Positions 12,001-16,139 of a DNA stretch of 22,271 nucleotides are shown one piece after another. Below the pieces are notes generated by a model. That model worked only from the letters and a program-made list of their open reading frames with translations. It did no database searches and was not told the origin of the DNA. This DNA is from Candidatus Thorarchaeota archaeon (GTDB lineage Archaea > Asgardarchaeota > Thorarchaeia > Thorarchaeales > Thorarchaeaceae), in NCBI GenBank assembly GCA_020348985.1, contig CP070761.1, forward strand, positions 1,437,275 to 1,459,545, in the 5' to 3' direction. Position 1 is the first letter of the stretch. Each line of letters begins with the position of its first letter. Made by a program: the position numbers and the translations under genes.

Positions 12001-12053
12001 ACGAGTCCCTTCTCAGTGAGCTTCTGAAAAGCCTAGATTTAGAAGAGGATTAA
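69..12053 (+). CDS. Giant type I membrane-anchored cell-surface glycoprotein / adhesin-like protein (DUF2341-like, LamG-like jelly roll, Ig-like repeats, TM helix, acidic repeat tail)
   Basis: Uninterrupted 3994-aa ORF. The N-terminus is basic then hydrophobic (RRQFHKSSLLCITFLMLLGLPALSA), as in a signal peptide. The ectodomain is Ser/Thr/Val/Tyr-rich with many N-x-S/T sequons. One hydrophobic helix (YGSAILLLFITAVVVYV) is followed by a basic stop-transfer segment (RVLRVPK..KVRKRRIPK), then a Glu-rich helical tail. Confidence 0.93.
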   Translation: MMRHLRPLRISSTARRQFHKSSLLCITFLMLLGLPALSAPTNLSTSDLRTPILARQSLVADYGPAYSGTGTSWPTSLHGSIVNNSIGTVRLDALSPAAVDITTHSGWSTESANLDIDQLTTSIDDVLVNGDLNSYHSERRLGLNYNQITFYVPDGWTVLKNESGAGLGRRAHPDQGIFELNNMSGVGVEGSMRWSFDTWWNIDYVLTKYDEVFLRQQISAPWRKIHSAEVRFLYRVSSASDQLDQNYLFVRVNGYEVKFHVLEPGISTNTWLPAVAQIPITAFASFDNPYSIPVDIGMGTDLDGVQTDQKGSYLGVDNVEMTLTVEPFPEQVNLMANSTPIVETTIDHVSPYVPDGANRDCYSAPDSNGGSGGVDLSGYSNNGILDVGADVPAYPDWSTAFPYQVGLQFPLDVPQGSAITSARFEVESAGGSGVPGMRIYVANEDTVPAFTSGYPLLPDRFNWSDTGIEWFPSDWTADTRYLSPEISVILQQVVSRPGWQSGNYICIMLEYGHSNIQYSYNQIKGSWGSFFAERDLARLYVDFLSPGSHGESFKFSKDLTIDHNKVSANLTDFPVLVEIFDSDLHTDAQSDGSDIAFTMGTETLYHQFVIFNQTFNSTHAHLLTWVKVPFLSSVVDTVFTMHYGNENSGSGGDPKVIWSEEYENVLHLDESSGPGSYLLDSTSNYHHGRPSATGVTSVEGLIDDANYFSGGSGDSIELEDGASIFNGWYDWQLSFWAYFDYTDDSQFNEKRVFDKTTSLRLARTLWSGGNPHIQIDIDFATAPTQYVGVDVTRQEWNYIVYKYESSGDGYLHIFNFINGLLYDYGSVNIGLGDRLVYDSSDFALGCVGGGTPLTGTIDEFRTIGNGFSSDAWLETEAINQYDPEGFISVSNEKEWSSIADLVLEFTTDSTSEVSFEPTVLLNVGRASTSLDSELNPGVSFTVTNDSNSVWTARAGISAPQEILNLGFTLEYPDSEWVPVSVTNPLGVTKAYPSDWTYGSGELLISPSAIDVQGIWIFTFNSTNHADDLQMRKAAGTYAPTARFTTNDVLEFRSTATDIVGSAAKLILTDPSGDVWGTFVDSSQSAGEFTFTGIVLDSSADAGLWQSTIQFNDSGSSVGYRAGLFQRTFIVTHNSSIQLRSPSEAAGGGVAVRTAGSILYIEVNLTDDIGFQPITGAVVKVNWTVSGSPTEITLIDYGDGRYGRSLNTSDLEVAGRWRIEIESYHQYFNNATDYFELDLLHGTRIVYESPDATPVGDNFTIRMRLENKFDGSPISGATITANQSYSVIDHNNGTYELDIDGSGLGLGTFGLELTADPSEPYLMDSSVVLTVTHRQISTEMTASSTEPGNVPWGQYVNATLTWTDVDHSDIGIPGGVPASSATFDWTDLGSGLYSIRIDVRQNNPGVYSFSFTMSKSGYEDSTTNLVVNIVPHQTRIVASHNVTVPWGSDTYVDLQFEDLDLGGAAIVGNITDIVCDWGTGSSTHFMLQFWIGSSSWGVGTYTIDITLRTTPSPKFYNDVTTVIQVTIRKLETKIEWTPVGVFPVGDDFEMTLNITIDDQQSASHGNAVDDLILSNFSIVDGFSSPYSIESFNNLGSGIYNLSIDSSAFPEGNYSIRIYLFFSASGYRVNTQTPNILFSYQYARSRLWSQEVQPLSVPYNTNTTIRVFFDDIDRNQGITGTSFVAEGATIIDVNDIGNGEYVVTFNTSDWVIGTYDTNLTASATGYDNQTLEVSITIRQIETYAVARVGFLNIPIGDSKIFKADYIDMDHDTAISPATALCNWSAIHYSVSWVTDHYEITINTFDTDTPATYFLMFNITKDANYKIGYFNISVTIRTINTSLQLIPPVEPTTPIGYVYVTVYYKDLDHDLGIVSSFVDCIVRNSTGGLVTKTWSNITGNPGYYNITFAASQLDGLGIHSLTVYFNWTGSVQKYQNRTLSVDVTVEGEKSSLTLIDASLPSPCLSNMTYTFLYASLTTGEGITNATSGVFISVNFVGTSVDLSQVDIWEANRTDLPGYYSIRFNSTFFGRVGLFSMRVHINWSRYLSPYYSNRTDLVSIRILSRDTQLSVIPPTSTAFGENATFSFTYQDVTGGLSELIAYNSTMMDVSLSLAEFALQYDSPTRVYTVSFNTSQFGAPLGERTIVLNVTWSGIPFYGNRTGNSISVTITIRQTVLTYATPPRTLYGDNVSFIITYSDVTGATSQGVSGAAIGLQNNSMPIPLSYYSVSEIGGGEYEIELSTEYFGQPGAYDVTIAADAGVFYIDSDSVTRVLTVTYRRTFLVAEYSSTIPYNTSIRIVLHYQDLSTLDDIGNESGIATSLQIMNGGDWIFSCTWRSVQQDYLLVVETYNQALDIQDDHFLLLNMSASFTSPFYLPAILNVTYVLEERPSVLNQVAIPPPTRYLGNLTLTVVYKDILSGFGVDGAEISVYNGSTPLSESTDYVLLPLGLGYYVITINTTSLGSPGLKIVRIVAAWTLGSPYHANATVNSTIIVTERPTNVEILVPPTQVQYLNNITCQFAFLDLERRKVISIVSGDIDIYSNHTLLSTNDYTLFNQNGVFLLSVNSTVLNSRLISSWNLSIAVSWNNTEPYYRDDLTTLWITTTNRKGSIIPGQILPTPLGDLMRIEFDFIDLSTGVGIADATVLFECLEVAGLIEGDDYWVTDGTGPETGKYKVDVDTSSLGSVATFNFLIGIQWNSTLSPYYANITSIPISGVARLIKTTVVGGLPDPSILAYYQNFSFVVNFTDIDHDMQIDGAESAISVLYRTSGLPPSDWTINPLSGGLYNITVNATDLLSEGLHAISVSVDYYPYQITEVDVVFLLTARRGVLSANVVESSSYAGNPVTVLVNLTDADANDAPLGGASLDVTWGDTWSSETLGVGSFRLTLATTNINHGTQTLEISATLSYYSIANLSVSFVLNPVPTELIMTWEGPDPARPNVVFWGEELAIYAAFNDTLRGVLIPSAQMTCDWGGINITLVTTGVPGNYTATLNSSLVQSGEIATALISAMGANYQSALGRISVQIQKRPIAIEPLGSDYSISASKGADAVVTVLIKDAISDVSIQNAVVTLDWAFAAGLSLTPVNGSPGYYSVAVGTTLANIQSYPLSITASAANYTLDSIDITLSVTSIESEIWLDETTSGYETSSVVWSEVVRIGVYVLAPSLNPSDPMSTGIPSCLVTWFSPELARNGTLLDDGMGYYYFDFSTNETIPGSYTFRINAHPTYIDYKDSTNSTIVVIRRIPTQVFDPGAQDVFWSWGGHFNMTYWDTFREVGISSANSSYSWAGGSGELLVGENGTYMLPVDTFEVKPGLYKISVRLWKRNHEDARTEFYLRIKEVPTELAVLLPSYNHVEGAENVYQVPFGDMFDITLFYNNTLDALGIGDAEIVEAYYSGPGLFEVPIPLDTEVGGNYSIHFDTTQHVLNGVYTITVRMVLENRTEAEISFDVMIIQSPTEAEIEGTTAVSLYYRENETIWIHWVDIWPDHGMAGIEDANVSVSSSESGIVDWSEVHADPSRPGWYSITLTAFSSTGLPNIVILFEKEYYDSASVTVTVSVGPSPEDVRMQLLTTYGSAILLLFITAVVVYVRVLRVPKIVRAMVQMISKVRKRRIPKVPAGIRSRREILAEIYNEMYGPIGVKTKPEKLPVESVIIEVPLIEELMLDLSILTNMTADEFDDFRFEVTKMKMSEQTTFVQEVIKQEIGRIERLTGKSQEEILEEVSIERERRMEGMEPAELVPEELIEEDRMRETEVPSVEAEPPEDRLSPQEIEKMSEELLKRGMPLHEIEELTTQARQLPKDVGEMLLKGLWKGKEFEDMEGQPIGKVEVVEDRLTEEELAELKKELERRGIGPREVQSMVAQARELHRDLVEELLLSTEEREKLPVPKEEDRLTEKEIENLRAELEQLKVPKDEIETILRQARAVPKELVGSFLDSIRSRAPLLPEEEVEDRIVEFSIEDLEKKLLEKGIPREEIDQIIAQAKVMDESLLSELLKSLDLEED
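1131..1698 (+). other. Beta-sandwich accessory domain (resembles DNRLRE-like / PilY1-associated extracellular modules)
   Basis: Motifs VGLQFPLDVPQGSAITSARFEV and SPEISVILQQVVSRPGWQSGNYICIML match a pattern I recall from prokaryotic extracellular proteins (GL.F..v.IPQGA.I.SA ... i.qeiv.r.gW.sGN). The family name is uncertain. Confidence 0.45.
1725..2730 (+). other. DUF2341-like domain followed by a LamG/concanavalin A-like jelly-roll domain
   Basis: The DUF2341 pattern is KDLTIDHNKVSANLTDFPVLV...AQSDGSDIAFT...LLTWVKVPFLSSVVDTVFTMHYGN. The Laminin_G_3-like pattern follows: VLHLDESSG..DSTSN..G, LSFWAYFD, WNYIVYKY, GTIDEFR, S.AWL.TE..NQ.DP. Confidence 0.75.
3480..10725 (+). repeat. Degenerate tandem Ig-like beta-sandwich repeats (~100-115 aa; about 20+ units, estimated by eye)
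   Basis: A protein pattern recurs: 'T.l......P.G....i.v.y.D.D....I.GA ... G.G.Y.i.idT..l..G.Y.i.i.a....Y', e.g. DLGSGLYSIRID, NLGSGIYNLSID, DIGNGEYVVTFN, EIGGGEYEIELS, PLGLGYYVITIN, PLSGGLYNITVN. No near-identical DNA repeats noticed. Boundaries are approximate. Confidence 0.75.
10749..10811 (+). other. Single transmembrane helix of the giant protein
   Basis: LLTTYGSAILLLFITAVVVYV followed by an Arg/Lys-rich segment (positive-inside rule). Confidence 0.85.
11331..12050 (+). repeat. Four ~48-aa helical 'EDRL' repeats in the cytoplasmic tail
   Basis: Units start at 11331 (EDRLSPQEIEKMSEELLKRGMPLHEIEELTTQARQLPKDVGEMLLKGL), 11535 (EDRLTEEELAELKKELERRGIGPREVQSMVAQARELHRDLVEELLLST), 11712 (EDRLTEKEIENLRAELEQLKVPKDEIETILRQARAVPKELVGSFLDSI) and 11892 (EDRIVEFSIEDLEKKLLEKGIPREEIDQIIAQAKVMDESLLSELLKSL). 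Periods are 68, 59 and 60 aa. Confidence 0.9.
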
Positions 12054-12079
12054 ACGTAGACCAAATCTAGGTTTGTTCA

Positions 12080-12661
12080 ATGAGTGTCACTGTGAAAGAT
12101 ACCGTTATTGAGCTCTTGAAGATATCCGAATGCAACCTGCTCATGTCTATGAAGGGTCTGAGACCATCAGATGTCCATGTGCAGGCGCTACCTCAATTCA
12201 ATCCCATCAGCTGGATCTTCGGACATTGTGCTGTTCATCTGCATTGGGTCATCGGAGTGATGGAACGAAGTGATAGAGTCTTCTCAAAGGAAGTGGTTCA
12301 CTACTACAGGTACGGGACGACCAAGGAGGAGATACTCGGAGCAGATCCGCCAATCACATTCCCAGAGCTTGTCGATGGCTTTCTTGATGTTTCAAAAGGC
12401 GGCTATGCATACCTCGATGGGCTTGACGAAGATACACTCTGCGGACCTTTTGTCGAAGTGCCTTCAGAGAGCATTATTCAGACAATCAAACGTGTTGCTT
12501 TCCACTACGTGGGGCACTCGGGCCAGATTCTCTTGATCAGGTCTGCGCTTGGAAATCCTGGTCCGTTCTTTGTTTCCGGAATAACGGTAGAAGAGCGCAA
12601 GAAACTGATGGATGAATGGATTTCCTGGTGGGAGTCGAGCAAGACGCAATTCGTCGACTGA
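12080..12661 (+). CDS. DinB/YfiT-like superfamily protein (putative metal-dependent enzyme; not DNA polymerase IV)
   Basis: 193 aa. NPISWIFGHCAVH matches the DinB 'nsi.w.l.H' motif. RVAFHYVGHSGQILLIRSALG gives the C-terminal HxxxHxGQI motif, completing the three-His metal site typical of this four-helix-bundle family. Confidence 0.85.
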   Translation: MSVTVKDTVIELLKISECNLLMSMKGLRPSDVHVQALPQFNPISWIFGHCAVHLHWVIGVMERSDRVFSKEVVHYYRYGTTKEEILGADPPITFPELVDGFLDVSKGGYAYLDGLDEDTLCGPFVEVPSESIIQTIKRVAFHYVGHSGQILLIRSALGNPGPFFVSGITVEERKKLMDEWISWWESSKTQFVD

Positions 12662-12665
12662 TGGA

Positions 12666-12685
12666 CTTGGAACACGTGTTCCAAG
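12666..12685. repeat. Perfect 20-bp palindrome CTTGGAACACGTGTTCCAAG
   Basis: The sequence equals its own reverse complement. It lies 4 nt after the DinB-like stop codon and 23 nt before the first conserved promoter box. Function (terminator hairpin, operator or scar) is unknown. Confidence 0.9.
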
Positions 12686-12708
12686 AATGACAACGACTGA
12701 GCACTCAC

Positions 12709-12760
12709 ACCGACGCGCTTATGTGAAACATTGGTTAGGAAACACAACAGCGTGATACGG
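12709..12760 (+). promoter_or_regulatory. Putative promoter of STAND-TPR gene 1 (conserved bipartite motif)
   Basis: ACCGACGCGCTTATGTGA (12709-12726), 23-nt spacer, then GCGTGATACGG (12750-12760, starting 21 nt before the start codon). The same motifs occur before the other two paralogues. CTTATGTG is TATA-box-like. Confidence 0.7.
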
Positions 12761-12770
12761 AGTTCAGGAC

Positions 12771-15700
12771 TTGTACAAACACTTCGACCCATCCGACCGG
12801 ATATTCGTCAACAGAGAACAGTACCTGGAATGGATGGACGAAGCGCTCAAGAGATGCAAAGATAGGAGTGTCGTTCTGCATCTCAGAGGAATCGGCGGCA
12901 TTGGTAAGAGCTCGCTGCTGAACTACTGGACAGGTAACATTGATTCCACAATTTGTCTTGACTGCCAACAGTACACCAAGTTCTACGATAGACTCGACAT
13001 ACTTGCAAGAGGCGCCGTCCGCATAGGTCTCAATCTTCGTCGGTTTGACATCTTGTGGCACATTAGGAAACGCTTTGTCGAGGGTGTAGAACCGGCTGCT
13101 GAGAAGGGTCGTGAATGGGCCAAGGACATTCTTGCCTCGATTCCTTTCATTGGGAGCCTAGCAGGAATTGGAAGTGCAATCAAGTCAATAGGAGACAGCG
13201 TAGCACCAAAGCTGCGGAGCAAATACGGAGAAGTCGGTCATTGGCTGCAGGAACGATTGGGCGCGAATTACGTCGAGCGACTTCTTGAGATTTTATGGAA
13301 GGAGCCGCACCACGCTGAATTTCTTTACCTAGATGCTTTGACTGAGGATATCAACAATCGGAAGAATATGGATGAACCAATCTTACTGCTCTTTGATCAC
13401 TCTGAGAACGTCGATAGCGAGGATCCTCGTTGGAAATACGGTGGGAAGAAAATCACAGAGGTCGAGCTCTGGTATGTGTTTCTTTCGTCCTTGGAGAACT
13501 GTGTTGGTGTTGTCGCGAGTAGGAACGCTGCTCCAGATGGGGCGGAAGAGGAGCACTCCGTTGAGAGATCAGAGCTGACTGAACTCGATAGAGACAGCAG
13601 CATCGAGTTGCTCCAGCGCAGAAACGTGATAGATTCGGACCTTCAGGAACGAATTGTAAGCGTTAGCGGCGGGAACCCGTTTGTGCTTGATGCAATCTGT
13701 GATATGCTTGACACTGGAGGGCTGTCGGCTTCCGACGTTGAAACTCTTCGCGCGGATACGCTTCACGATGTTCGTCTGAAGACCTGGAGACGGCTGTTTA
13801 GCAAAGCCAAGGATCTGCTGAATGTTGTGGATCGTGCGGGGCTTCTCCCATTCTTTGACCGTAACACACTGGATATGGTAGCACCTGACATGAAAACAGA
13901 TCAGTGGGAGCGCTTCATTCGACTCAGCTTTGTGAAGGTCCGAGAAGATGGTACGATGGTCCTTCACGATCTTGCTCGTGAACTTGTGCGCGCAGAGCTA
14001 GGGAAGAAACTCAAACCAGTGGTAGACGAGGTTACTGAGCTTTTGGAGAAGGCATCAGTAGAGGAGTCTAATCCAGGGCTCTTGGGCTTCTCGTACTCTG
14101 TCAAGGCTCTCGCATCTGAAGCGGATGGGATTCGTGAGGCCAAGGAAAAGGTCGTGGATTTGCTGGATAATGACCTCATTTCTGAGGCAGAGATGATTGT
14201 ACGGAATCTGATGTTTGTCTCGCTTGACGGCCAAGCTGAGTTACATGGACTCAGGGGCAAGGTCTACCAATATGTGAACAGGTGGCCCGAGGCTGAAGTT
14301 GAGCTACAGGAAGCAATCCGTATTCTTGAAGAAGTATCTGAGACACCTCGAGAACAGAAACTTGCAAGTATTGCCGAATTCAATCATGATTACGCAGACG
14401 TTCTGTTTCAATCCTTCCGCTTTGATGAATCCGGAGACTTGTATGAAGAAGCGCTGGAGATTCAAAGAAGGCTAGTAGCCGCCAATCCCGAGCCGCATCT
14501 CAAGAATCTAGGCATCTTCCTCAAGTCGTATTCCTACTACTTGTATTTGGCCCATAGACCTTTAGACGGCATTAAACTAGCACAAGAAGCTCTAGGCATT
14601 TTCAAAGAGCTAGAGCATCCCACGCTCTTGCCCGCATCATACAACATGCTTGGTATTGCATACGCCAATGCCGGAAGATTCGCCGATTCCAGGGAAGCTT
14701 ATCAAGAAGGTGTTGCAGTAACACGCCGATTCCTGCAAAAGCATCCCGAAAACCGTCGTCTCAAGGCACTTCTTGTTTCGATGATGGGGAACATGTCACT
14801 TTTCCTTACCAACGAATCCGAGACCGAGACATATTACGACGAGGCCTCGAAGGTAAGGCGAGAGCTGGCAGAGAAAGGGACAGAACACCTCAAGTCTAGA
14901 CTTGGCCGTCATCTTTTGCATCGTGCTTGGTTTTATTTGAGAACTCACGACAATGCTGCAGCCGCTCCGCTTTTAGATGAGGCACATGATATCTTCAGTT
15001 CTCTTTCCCAAGAAAGTCCTACGGCTTGGCAACTCGATAACATGCTAGGAGCCTATTTGCGTTTCCGCATGTATTTTCAATCTGGAAGAGTCGAGGAGGC
15101 TCAAGCTATCGTTGACGGTCTTCCAACTGACGCGAACGGTCTATTGGAAGCACCCGATGAATTCCTTCTGTTCTATTCCAATCTCCTAGCCCTCATGCAC
15201 TCGCTAGCGCTTCGACAATCTGAAGCGGATATGGTCTTCCGACAGGGAATAGAGTCTATGGAAAGGATAGAGCTGAGCGGAATTGATATTTTGGCAACCA
15301 CCATTTGTCAGCTAATCAACTACAGTGGCTTTCTTTTGAGAATTGGACAAGCATCTGAGAGTAAGGAATATTCAGAGAAAGCTCTGAAGGAGATAGAGGG
15401 ATTGGACCTGGAATCCTTAGCGGATCGCTTTAAAGGAAGTATACTCCTAAACCTAGCGACCGCCCTAAAGCTGGAGGATGAAAAGCGGGAATCACAGAAT
15501 CTATTTGAAAAGGCCATTGGCGTGATGGAAGATGCAATCGTGACTAGCCCTGGAATGTTCTCTCCATATCTTGCTGTTCTTCTAAACAACTACTCTAGCC
15601 TACTCAGACAAACAGGGAACCTAGAGGAAGCAGAATCGAATCTGCTTAGAGCGATTGAAATAAAGAATCAACTAGTAGAGGATAATCCGGACGAGTTTGA

Positions 15701-16055
15701 GAGTACATTCTCCACTTCTCTTGTCAACTATGGTATCCTGCTTACGCACATGGACAGAAGTCCTGAGGCAGAAGGTGCATTCAGACAGGCCCTGGAGATT
15801 CGTAGGGAACTTGTGAAGAAGCAGCCTGGCTGGCATCTTCTCGAGCTTGCCATTGTTCTTCACAACTATGGCGTTTTCCTTGAAGATGCGGGGACGGACA
15901 CGGAGGCCAAGAAACACCTCGAGGAGTCTGCCAAGCTCAGAAGTCAAATCGCCAGAACCGCACCTGACATAATTAGGCATGCAGAGTCGCTGATCTCTGA
16001 TACTGAAGGCTTGAACTGGTGGGAAGCGGACGAAATAACGTTTGCATTATGGTAG
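12771..16055 (+). CDS. STAND-class P-loop NTPase with C-terminal TPR repeats (NLR-like), paralogue 1
   Basis: 1094 aa, TTG start supported by N-terminal alignment with the paralogues. Motifs: FVNRE pre-P-loop, Walker A GIGGIGKS, Walker B LLLFDHSE, sensor VVASR, GxP motif SGGNPF, MHD-like VLHDLARE. The C-terminal TPRs have a 46-aa period (LLNNYSSLL ... SLVNYGILL ... VLHNYGVFL). Confidence 0.92.
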   Translation: MYKHFDPSDRIFVNREQYLEWMDEALKRCKDRSVVLHLRGIGGIGKSSLLNYWTGNIDSTICLDCQQYTKFYDRLDILARGAVRIGLNLRRFDILWHIRKRFVEGVEPAAEKGREWAKDILASIPFIGSLAGIGSAIKSIGDSVAPKLRSKYGEVGHWLQERLGANYVERLLEILWKEPHHAEFLYLDALTEDINNRKNMDEPILLLFDHSENVDSEDPRWKYGGKKITEVELWYVFLSSLENCVGVVASRNAAPDGAEEEHSVERSELTELDRDSSIELLQRRNVIDSDLQERIVSVSGGNPFVLDAICDMLDTGGLSASDVETLRADTLHDVRLKTWRRLFSKAKDLLNVVDRAGLLPFFDRNTLDMVAPDMKTDQWERFIRLSFVKVREDGTMVLHDLARELVRAELGKKLKPVVDEVTELLEKASVEESNPGLLGFSYSVKALASEADGIREAKEKVVDLLDNDLISEAEMIVRNLMFVSLDGQAELHGLRGKVYQYVNRWPEAEVELQEAIRILEEVSETPREQKLASIAEFNHDYADVLFQSFRFDESGDLYEEALEIQRRLVAANPEPHLKNLGIFLKSYSYYLYLAHRPLDGIKLAQEALGIFKELEHPTLLPASYNMLGIAYANAGRFADSREAYQEGVAVTRRFLQKHPENRRLKALLVSMMGNMSLFLTNESETETYYDEASKVRRELAEKGTEHLKSRLGRHLLHRAWFYLRTHDNAAAAPLLDEAHDIFSSLSQESPTAWQLDNMLGAYLRFRMYFQSGRVEEAQAIVDGLPTDANGLLEAPDEFLLFYSNLLALMHSLALRQSEADMVFRQGIESMERIELSGIDILATTICQLINYSGFLLRIGQASESKEYSEKALKEIEGLDLESLADRFKGSILLNLATALKLEDEKRESQNLFEKAIGVMEDAIVTSPGMFSPYLAVLLNNYSSLLRQTGNLEEAESNLLRAIEIKNQLVEDNPDEFESTFSTSLVNYGILLTHMDRSPEAEGAFRQALEIRRELVKKQPGWHLLELAIVLHNYGVFLEDAGTDTEAKKHLEESAKLRSQIARTAPDIIRHAESLISDTEGLNWWEADEITFALW

Positions 16056-16079
16056 CGTCCACCTAGTGATTTACACCCT

Positions 16080-16129
16080 ACCGTTGCGCTTATGTGATAT
16101 TCTGCATCATATTAAGCAGCGTGTAACGG
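16080..16129 (+). promoter_or_regulatory. Putative promoter of STAND-TPR gene 2
   Basis: ACCGTTGCGCTTATGTGA (16080-16097), 21-nt spacer, then GCGTGTAACGG (16119-16129, starting 21 nt before GTG16140). Confidence 0.7.
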
Positions 16130-16139
16130 GGATTGGAGT

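Noticed and set aside
12054-12079. Possible terminator after the giant gene (TAGA-ccaaa-TCTA, then GTTTGTT)
   Set aside because: The stem is only 4 bp and there is no convincing oligo-T tract.
12080-12661. Gene symbol dinB (DNA polymerase IV)
   Set aside because: The protein is too short and lacks Y-family polymerase motifs. It belongs to the unrelated DinB/YfiT four-helix family, so no symbol was assigned.
13665-13684. 20-nt exact DNA match AGCGGCGGGAACCCGTTTGT between paralogue 1 and paralogue 2 (17028-17047), 18/20 in paralogue 3 (20228-20247); considered as a recombination or gene-conversion site
   Set aside because: It encodes the invariant SGGNPFV motif. One such run among hundreds of conserved codons is explicable by common descent and codon bias.
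12771-13720. Cys residues shared by the NTPases (RCK, LDC, (I/L)CD) as a metal site
   Set aside because: They are isolated and widely spaced, with no CxxC-type pairing conserved across all three paralogues.
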